Shown one piece after another: positions 57,177 through 64,000 of a stretch of DNA of 64,000 nucleotides. The notes below the pieces were generated by a model, which saw nothing but the letters and a program-made list of their open reading frames with translations, had not been told where the DNA came from and made no database searches. Made by a program: the position numbers and the translations under genes. The stretch's first letter is position 1, and each line of letters starts with the position of its first letter. Location of the stretch: NCBI GenBank assembly GCA_030765625.1, contig JAVCCF010000109.1, forward strand, positions 34,991 to 98,990, in the 5' to 3' direction. Source of the stretch: Candidatus Tenebribacter burtonii (lineage in GTDB: Bacteria; Cloacimonadota; Cloacimonadia; Cloacimonadales; TCS61).

Positions 57177-57908
57177 TTAATAGTACTCAGGATCATTTTG
57201 TAAATATGTTCCTACTAATTGCGAGACACTTGTAATTGCAGCGGTTTCTGCCCGCAGAATGTGATTTCCTAAAGTAAAAGTTGCAACATTCTTTTTTTGT
57301 AAATATTCAATTTCCTTTTTATCAAATCCACCCTCAGGTCCAATAATGATGCAGATGGATTTGCTTTCTGAATTTGCCATGAATTCGTTTAGAGTTTTAT
57401 GCTTTCCAATTTCCAATGCTGCAACAGGGATATAATCTTTCATCTCTTCAATCAATTCTGTTAATGATTGCACTTTATGGATTACTGGTAAAAATGCATT
57501 ATCACACTGTTTCATGGCAGCAATTGCTACATTATTGAACTTTTCTTCAGTATTTGTAGAAGATTTCCGTACAGTTCTTACGGTTAAAATTGGGTAAAAA
57601 TCTTTTACACCCAGTTCCGTTAATTTTTCTACGATCATACTGTCATGTTTATTCTTTAAGAGAGGAAAAGCTACAGCAATTTGCGGTTGAGATTTCTGCA
57701 TTGTAGTCATTTTGTTTATAGTTACGGATAATTGCATTTTATCGACACTTTTTATTGTACATTCTGCCAGCAATCCTTTACCGTTGGACAGGATGATCTT
57801 ATCTCCTTCTTTTCTGCGGAAGACATGGCAAATATGATGATACTCTGTTCCTGAGATCATTACAAAATCTTCACTTTTCCTCATCTCCGGTGCATAAAAA
57901 CAGGGCAT
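57177..57908 (-). CDS. rsmE: 16S rRNA (uracil1498-N3)-methyltransferase RsmE
   Basis: PUA-like N-terminus (HHICHVFRRKEGD) and the SPOUT C-terminus IIIGPEGGFDKKEI. Confidence 0.85.
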   Translation of the reverse strand: MPCFYAPEMRKSEDFVMISGTEYHHICHVFRRKEGDKIILSNGKGLLAECTIKSVDKMQLSVTINKMTTMQKSQPQIAVAFPLLKNKHDSMIVEKLTELGVKDFYPILTVRTVRKSSTNTEEKFNNVAIAAMKQCDNAFLPVIHKVQSLTELIEEMKDYIPVAALEIGKHKTLNEFMANSESKSICIIIGPEGGFDKKEIEYLQKKNVATFTLGNHILRAETAAITSVSQLVGTYLQNDPEYY

Positions 57909-58165
57909 AATCTCTCCTACTTAAATAATTTAATTTTCTATTATAGAAAACGGAATAGTATATTTTATGTCAAATAAAGTCTTAACTGTAATAATAAATA
58001 AATGAATTATTATTATGTTTTTAAATTATAATTTTTTTTTGTTGCCAAAAAAAATGATTTTTTTCTATATATAAAAAGCTATCAATAAGATAGAATAAAA
58101 AATATAATTAGTTAAAGTTCAATAAATTTTTGAGTTTTCAAGTTAAAAAAAAAGAGGACTGAGAT

Positions 58166-59311
58166 ATGAAAAATGCACTATCATTTATTGTAATAATAAT
58201 TGCTGTAGTAGTTCTAATTATTGTAGTCGGGTTCATAATAGGAACAATTGTCCATAATATGAAGATCAATTCAGACTATCAGATTACACAACAACCTGTT
58301 ATTGAAGAAGAATCCATAGATGGTGAACTTAAAGGTGATAATTCAATAAATCTAACTGAAGTTTCCGGAACAGAATTGCTAAAACAAGAATATCAGAAGG
58401 AAATAGAGAAAGAAAAAAATAAAATAAAATTAAATCGAAAGTATGAAGTACAATTATTTTTAGGTAAAGACTATACTAAAGTTGAAAAAATTAAAACTGA
58501 ACTTAAACTTGAAGGTTATGAATGCGATATCCATACTCTTTCCACAAGTAAAAGTACTTTTTATCGTCTGCGGTTGAGTGGATTATACAATAAACCAGAA
58601 GGAAACAGACTGGGAAATGAAATTGTGACAAGTTCTTCAAACATTTCTTCTTTCTGGTTGGATGAGATCAAAGATGGAAAAAGTGTAGATCAGATCGGAG
58701 CAACAGTAACTCAAACTCCTAAAACAACAAAGACTATTTCTCCTTCTTCAAGTGGTGGTTTTGAGATCCAAATACTTGCAAATACAAAAAGAAATTTAGT
58801 TGAAGAAAAAAAGGATATATTAGAAAAAGCAGGTTACAGAGCCAAGATAGTAACTACTACTAAAAATGGAAAAACTTATTACAGGTTGAGATTGGCAGAT
58901 TCTTATTCAAGACCAGATGCCATAAAAATTGGAGATAAACTGGAAAAAGATTTTCCTTTCATTTCAGATTACTGGGTTGCACCAAAATCTGGTATAAATG
59001 CTCCTGTATCTCAAATAACAAAAAAAGAATTAGCTGTGAAAGATGAATCACTCACTGAACCAATCCAATATTCTATTAATCCAAAAGATGAATCTAAGGG
59101 TACAAAAGAACAAATAACTATGATCTGTAATACTAATGATATTAGTATTCATATCGGCCCGGGAACATACTATGCTGTTGATCCAATCGGGAAATTAATG
59201 AAAGGTGTTACTGTTTTTATGGTTGATGAAAAGAGTAATTGGATAAAATTTACGATTACTCCCAATGATGAATCATGGTCAGGTTGGGTGAATAAAAAGT
59301 ACTTAAAATAA
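58166..59311 (+). CDS. membrane-anchored protein with two SPOR domains and a C-terminal SH3b domain
   Basis: N-terminal TM helix. SPOR repeats YEVQLFLGKDY...FYRLRLSGLY and FEIQILANTK...YYRLRLADSY. SH3_3-like tail (GTYYAVDPIGKLMKGVTVFMVDEKSNWIKF). Confidence 0.75.
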   Translation: MKNALSFIVIIIAVVVLIIVVGFIIGTIVHNMKINSDYQITQQPVIEEESIDGELKGDNSINLTEVSGTELLKQEYQKEIEKEKNKIKLNRKYEVQLFLGKDYTKVEKIKTELKLEGYECDIHTLSTSKSTFYRLRLSGLYNKPEGNRLGNEIVTSSSNISSFWLDEIKDGKSVDQIGATVTQTPKTTKTISPSSSGGFEIQILANTKRNLVEEKKDILEKAGYRAKIVTTTKNGKTYYRLRLADSYSRPDAIKIGDKLEKDFPFISDYWVAPKSGINAPVSQITKKELAVKDESLTEPIQYSINPKDESKGTKEQITMICNTNDISIHIGPGTYYAVDPIGKLMKGVTVFMVDEKSNWIKFTITPNDESWSGWVNKKYLK

Positions 59312-59342
59312 TTTTTTTAATCTACAAATTAAATGCTAAATA

Positions 59343-59368
59343 AAAAGCCCTGCTTTAGCAGGGCTTTT
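59343..59368. terminator. bidirectional Rho-independent terminator between convergent genes
   Basis: Perfect stem aaaagccctgc / gcagggctttt with loop ttta. It is flanked by an A-run on one side and a T-run on the other. Confidence 0.85.
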
Positions 59369-59393
59369 GCTTATTAGTGATAGATAAATACTT

Positions 59394-61295
59394 TCATTTT
59401 TTTGATTTAATATAGCAAAGAATAGAACCTTTAGAAACAGAGTCACCTGCTTTATGATTAATATTTGTAATAACTCCATCACATGAAGCATCCAGATTAT
59501 TGAACATTTTCATAGCTTCTAATACAACGACAGTATCTCCGGCTTTAACTTCATCACCGACATTTTTCTTATATTCGATGATCATGCCAGGAATTGGAGC
59601 GAGTAAATTTCCAGTATCATTTCCCGTAGTAATTTCTTCTTTCTTCTTAATAACTATTTCCCTTTGTTTTGCATTTGGATCTGCAACTTCCACATTGAAA
59701 TACTCACCATCCACATAAACGTCAAATGCTCTTGTATTAGCCGGTTTCACTTTTTTAGTCGTCAACCCACCGGAAAGTGCTTTTTTAATAAGTTCCTGCT
59801 CTTTCTGCACATCTTCTAATGTTATTGCTTTAACATCATTGGGAACTTTTTCGAGTCCATATTTCCAATTTAGAAATCTCTTTCCTGTTACCGGATAAAG
59901 TGCACAGAGAATCTCATCATCAATATTTTTTGCCAGACCTTTAACTTCTTTTTTTATTTTTGGAAGTTCCGGTTTGAGTATATCTCCCGGTCTGGTCGTG
60001 ATTGGAGTTTGTCCTCTCGGGTAATTCTTCAAAGCTTTCTTTCTTACCTTTTCATCAATTGGCAGAGTTGTTTTTCCATATAGTCCAAAGCAAAGATCTT
60101 TTACCTGCTCGGTTATGTTGGAATATGTTTCATCTTTATCGAATAGAACATTATTCACAGTTTGTATACCGACAATTTGACTTGTTGGAGTAACCAGCGG
60201 AACCTGACCGAGCTGCTTCCGTACCTTCGGAAGTTCCTCGAATACTTCATCGAGCTTATCAAGTGCATCCATCTGACGGAGTTGATTTACCAAGTTGGAG
60301 AGCATCCCGCCCGGAGTTTGATGCAGGATCACATTTGTATCGATAATTGCATTTTTTGTATTATCAAGAAATTGCTTATATTTTGGAATTACCTTTTCCA
60401 TTTCCTTATCGATCTCAGCTAACTTTTTTACATTCAGTCCGCTGTCGCGGTTTGTTCCCAATAATGAAATCACAAGCGGTTCCACAGCAGGATGAGAAGT
60501 TCTATAGGCATAAGGCGCCATACATGTATCGATAATATCCACACCAGCTTCGATAGCTTTGAAAAGTGTTAGATCACCCATACCCGATGTGAAGTGAGTA
60601 TGAAGATGGATAGGAATATCTGTCTGCTCTTTGAGTGCTTTTACCAGATTGTAGGCATCATAAGGAGCGATAAGTCCTGCCATGTCTTTAATACATATCG
60701 TGTCTGCTCCGAGATCTTCTAACTGTTTAGCTTTCTCTAAATAATAATTTAGATTGTAGGTTTTACCGCCCATTCTTGGTTCGGTAAGAGAATAGCAGAT
60801 CGTTCCTTGAAAATGCTTATTATTCTTCTTGATCACCTTTACAACAGTTTGAAAATTACGGAAATCATTAAGAGCATCAAATACACGGAAAATATCAATT
60901 CCGTTATCACAGGCACGTTGAACAAAAGCCTCTACAACGTCGTCAGCATAATTTCTATAACCTACAACATTTTGTCCACGAAGCAGCATAGAGAAGGGAG
61001 TTTTTGTCATATATTTTTTTAGAGTTTTAATTCTTTCCCATGGATCTTCATTCAGAAAACGGTGCATTACATCAAAAGTAGCTCCACCCCACATTTCTAC
61101 AGAATAGAATCCAATATCATCCATCATTTTAGCGACCGGTATCATATCTTCGGTTCTACCGCGGGTAGCAAAGAGACTTTGATGTCCATCTCTAAGACTT
61201 ACATCCTGAATCTTAATTGGATTTTTTGCCTTCGGACGCGCAGAATCGTAATTCATTTTAGTTATTTCCAAAACACCGTGTTTATCGAATTTCAT
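59394..61295 (-). CDS. biotin-dependent carboxyltransferase 5S subunit fused to a biotinyl carrier domain (oxaloacetate decarboxylase alpha / transcarboxylase 5S-like)
   Basis: HMGL-like TIM-barrel N-terminus (IQDVSLRDGHQS...HLHTHFTSG) and a C-terminal biotinylation motif VLEAMKM. Confidence 0.85.
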   Translation of the reverse strand: MKFDKHGVLEITKMNYDSARPKAKNPIKIQDVSLRDGHQSLFATRGRTEDMIPVAKMMDDIGFYSVEMWGGATFDVMHRFLNEDPWERIKTLKKYMTKTPFSMLLRGQNVVGYRNYADDVVEAFVQRACDNGIDIFRVFDALNDFRNFQTVVKVIKKNNKHFQGTICYSLTEPRMGGKTYNLNYYLEKAKQLEDLGADTICIKDMAGLIAPYDAYNLVKALKEQTDIPIHLHTHFTSGMGDLTLFKAIEAGVDIIDTCMAPYAYRTSHPAVEPLVISLLGTNRDSGLNVKKLAEIDKEMEKVIPKYKQFLDNTKNAIIDTNVILHQTPGGMLSNLVNQLRQMDALDKLDEVFEELPKVRKQLGQVPLVTPTSQIVGIQTVNNVLFDKDETYSNITEQVKDLCFGLYGKTTLPIDEKVRKKALKNYPRGQTPITTRPGDILKPELPKIKKEVKGLAKNIDDEILCALYPVTGKRFLNWKYGLEKVPNDVKAITLEDVQKEQELIKKALSGGLTTKKVKPANTRAFDVYVDGEYFNVEVADPNAKQREIVIKKKEEITTGNDTGNLLAPIPGMIIEYKKNVGDEVKAGDTVVVLEAMKMFNNLDASCDGVITNINHKAGDSVSKGSILCYIKSKK

Positions 61296-61311
61296 TTATT
61301 TCCTCCGTGTT

Positions 61312-61482
61312 TTATCTTGTAAGTCCCCGTCGCTGGACCATCATTCTATTTTTCATGATGATCTCACGTCCGGATCTTACCCAATTATTTTTTGGTTTGG
61401 AATTATTCTCTTCTTTCTGTTCTTGCAGATAATAAAGAATTCCCATTATCGCGGCTTTTAGTTTTTTACTTTTATTTTTCAA
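61312..61482 (-). CDS. small ORF (56 aa) between the two carboxyltransferase genes; candidate accessory subunit
   Basis: Not in the ORF track (under 60 aa). AGGAGAG-tttt-TTG start at 61482. Product: MKNKSKKLKAAIMGILYYLQEQKEENNSKPKNNWVRSGREIIMKNRMMVQRRGLTR. It fills most of the otherwise empty 257-nt gap in the operon. Confidence 0.4.
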   Translation of the reverse strand: MKNKSKKLKAAIMGILYYLQEQKEENNSKPKNNWVRSGREIIMKNRMMVQRRGLTR

Positions 61483-61552
61483 AAAACTCTCCTGATCGAG
61501 GACAAGGTTAAGATTGAAATTAAGTCAGCATTTTTGTTATTTTTCATTTTCT

Positions 61553-63121
61553 TTAAACAGGAATATTGCCATGTTTTTTAGGTGGGAGTGCTTCTTTTTT
61601 TGTAACCATAGTTTCCAGTGCATCGATCAGACGGATCCTGGTTTCTCTCGGCAAAATTATAGCATCCAAATATCCACGTTCTGCAGCGATATAAGGAGTG
61701 TTGAAAGCTGTTTCATATTCACCGATAAGCTCTTGTCTTTTTACTTCAGGATCTTTTGCCTCTTTCATTTGTGTACGATAAGAACTGACAATGTTTACAG
61801 CACCCTGAGCACCCATGACTGCAATTTCGGCTGTTGGCCAGGCAAACAGCATATCGGCTCCGAGATGCTGGGAACTCATTGCAATATAAGCTCCACCATA
61901 ACTTTTCCTGGTTGTAACAGTAAGTTTTGGAACGGTTGCTTCCGAATAACTCCACAAAAGTTTAGCTCCATGACGGATCACACCACCCCATTCCTGGTCA
62001 GTTCCAGGTAAATATCCCGGAACATCTACAAAAGTAATTAACGGAAAATTGAAGGCATCACAGAATCTTATGAAACGCGAGATCTTATCTGATACATTAA
62101 TATCCAGACATCCTGCGAGGAACATTGGTTGATTAGCAATAATTCCCACTGGTCTGCCATTCATTCTGGCAAAACAGATAACAGCATTCTGTGCATAATA
62201 TTTGTGTGGTTCAAAAAACTCACCATTATCTACAACAGATTGAATTACATCTTTCATATCATAACCGGTTTTTGGATCATCCGGAATTATTGTATCAAGT
62301 TCAGGGCATAACCTTGTTGGATCATCGCCATTATTGTATTTTGGCGGGTCTTCCATATTATTGTCGGGAAGGTAACTCAGAAGCACTTTAACCTGGTAAA
62401 TTGCATCTTCATCATCGTTACAGGCAAAATGAGCAACACCACTTTTTGTGTTGTGGGTCATCGCTCCACCCAGATTTTCAAAAGTTGTCTTTTCACCCGT
62501 AACCGTTTCTATCACACTTGGCCCGGTTATGAACATATAACTTTTTTTATCGACCATGAAAATGAAATCTGTCATAGCGGGTGAATAAACCGCTCCCCCT
62601 GCACAAGGTCCCATAATTATAGATATTTGAGGAATAACACCGGAAGCCCTGGAATTGCGGAAGAAAATATCACCATAACCTTTTAGAGAGTCAATTCCTT
62701 CTTCAACTCGTGCTCCACCCGAATCATTAATTCCCACGATCGGAACACCTGCTTTCATAGCCAGATCCATAATTTTTGTTATCTTGCCTGCATGTTTTTC
62801 TCCAAGTGAGCCACCGCGTGATGTGAAATCCTGTGAATAAGCAAAAACAGGTCTACCATTCACTTTTCCATGACCAGTGATCACACCATCAGATGGGATC
62901 TCAACTTTTTCCATTCCAAAGTTGGTAGATCTGTGTTTAACGAGCATATCAATCTCGCGAAATGTTCCTTCATCAAAAAGATGATCGAGCCTTTCACGAG
63001 CAGTTAATTTACCTTTTTCATGCTGTTTTTCGATGCGAGCTTTTCCACCCATCTCTTTTATCTTTGCTTCTCTTTTCTTTAAATCTTCTAATTTTTCGGA
63101 AACTTTCATATCATCTCCCAA
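61553..63121 (-). CDS. methylmalonyl-CoA/propionyl-CoA carboxyltransferase 12S (beta) subunit
   Basis: Two crotonase-like carboxyltransferase halves with motifs GGARVEEG, GPCAGGAVYSP and ANQPMFLAGCLD. 522 aa. Confidence 0.9.
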   Translation of the reverse strand: MGDDMKVSEKLEDLKKREAKIKEMGGKARIEKQHEKGKLTARERLDHLFDEGTFREIDMLVKHRSTNFGMEKVEIPSDGVITGHGKVNGRPVFAYSQDFTSRGGSLGEKHAGKITKIMDLAMKAGVPIVGINDSGGARVEEGIDSLKGYGDIFFRNSRASGVIPQISIIMGPCAGGAVYSPAMTDFIFMVDKKSYMFITGPSVIETVTGEKTTFENLGGAMTHNTKSGVAHFACNDDEDAIYQVKVLLSYLPDNNMEDPPKYNNGDDPTRLCPELDTIIPDDPKTGYDMKDVIQSVVDNGEFFEPHKYYAQNAVICFARMNGRPVGIIANQPMFLAGCLDINVSDKISRFIRFCDAFNFPLITFVDVPGYLPGTDQEWGGVIRHGAKLLWSYSEATVPKLTVTTRKSYGGAYIAMSSQHLGADMLFAWPTAEIAVMGAQGAVNIVSSYRTQMKEAKDPEVKRQELIGEYETAFNTPYIAAERGYLDAIILPRETRIRLIDALETMVTKKEALPPKKHGNIPV

Positions 63122-63203
63122 ACTATGTTTTCTAAATTTATTAATCTATCTTAGAACTCTGGGGAAAAAATTAATTATAACGTTGAGTGTAAAGATAAAT
63201 TTA

Positions 63204-64000
63204 TTAGTTATTTGTAATTTGCTGAATGGTAATTCCTGCATTAATAATCAACTTTACTTTTGCATCTTTGCCTTTTAGTAGTATAGCATTATTCACAGCT
63301 TTTTGAAGTGAAGAAAAATTCTTGATGAATATCTTTTCCAGTATATCATCCTCGATTTCACTTACCATCCATAACTTATTTTTTTGCATGAAAGAGACAA
63401 ATTTTGCTGCTTTATGATATCCCAATTTGTAGTTCTTCTCTACTTTTTGGAAGACTTCGTCAGGTGATTTGCAAGATGCCATTAGTTTATAAAAAGCGTT
63501 GTTTCCAATTCCTTCATTACAATTGGATACCAGAATAAATATTCCGTTTTCTTCTAAGATAGATTTGCAGTTTTCAAGTCCCTTCTGTGATTGATACAGG
63601 TCCATGTTCAAAGGGGGCTGATTAATGGCAATAACAATATCTGCTTTCTCTTTTACTTCTGGTACGAAAACTTCGACAACTTTTACTGAAGCATTTTTAA
63701 GGGTAGAATGAATATTACCGCTGGTAGAATAAAATACTTTATAGTTTGTATCCAGAACTGTGAGAATGCAGAATGTTTCGGTGGTAATCATCTTGGCAGC
63801 TTCTTTCATATCTTCGTGAACGGGATTACCTTCCAACTGCAATATTTTAGCTTCATTTCTCAAGGCGAAAGAATGATTTTTTTCTACCGATTCATAAGCA
63901 GCTACACCAGGCAGGAAACTCTTTCTACCACCTGTAAAGCCTGCAAAATAATGAGGTTCAACTGAACTAATTACAATTACTCCATCAGCTTTTATAACTT
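63204..64000 (-). CDS. LarA-like (nickel-pincer lactate racemase family) protein, 5' end off the window
   Basis: The reading frame continues upstream of the track's TTG to the window edge: ...VEPHYFAGFTGGRKSFLPGVAAYESVEKNHSFALRNEAKILQLEGNPVHEDM. PHyfaGfsGG.K and NH are LarA-family motifs. Confidence 0.7.
   Translation of the reverse strand, partial: VIKADGVIVISSVEPHYFAGFTGGRKSFLPGVAAYESVEKNHSFALRNEAKILQLEGNPVHEDMKEAAKMITTETFCILTVLDTNYKVFYSTSGNIHSTLKNASVKVVEVFVPEVKEKADIVIAINQPPLNMDLYQSQKGLENCKSILEENGIFILVSNCNEGIGNNAFYKLMASCKSPDEVFQKVEKNYKLGYHKAAKFVSFMQKNKLWMVSEIEDDILEKIFIKNFSSLQKAVNNAILLKGKDAKVKLIINAGITIQQITNN

Noticed and set aside
1-64000. Genome-wide reassignment of TGA (code 4/25-like) as the explanation for the in-frame TGAs
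   Set aside because: Several confidently identified genes end at TGA (for example 5504-5506, 49804-49806 and 50205-50207) with no plausible extension. Nearly all long ORFs are intact under the standard code. The TGAs at 28484 and 36917 are therefore site-specific events.

Overview
AT-rich bacterial chromosomal window, tightly packed with about 55 protein genes. I found no rRNA, tRNA, CRISPR array, transposase or integrase. The gene content suggests an anaerobic FCB-superphylum organism, possibly Cloacimonadota; this is inferred from content and was not searched. Housekeeping genes include rsmG-parA, a compact sigma-70, recJ, glk, deaD, deoB, cca, rsmE, a fur-feoAB operon and biotin-dependent carboxyltransferase 12S/5S subunits. 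Accessory blocks are: (i) an 18-kb island of six secreted proteins, each with a signal peptide and the same ~80-aa C-terminal sorting domain (NYPNPFNP...SGIYFY...hhhhK); the cargo includes an S8 protease and a gingipain-like C25 protease. (ii) A ferredoxin / geranylgeranyl reductase / polyprenol-kinase-like / GT2 / eukaryote-type UDP-sugar pyrophosphorylase operon. (iii) Three orphan sensor kinases. (iv) An ArsR / permease / CcdA / thioredoxin cluster. The main finding is that two island genes are each split by a single in-frame TGA. In both, the TGA is next to a Cys (WCAG-TGA-G and YGC-TGA-G) and is followed about 20 nt later by a hairpin with a GG-containing loop. This is the signature of selenocysteine recoding, so these are predicted secreted selenoproteins. 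Other findings are a GxxExxY gene flanked by repeats, two palindromic MITE/REP-like elements, an exact 360-bp tandem PAS duplication, and candidate ArsR and Fur operators.
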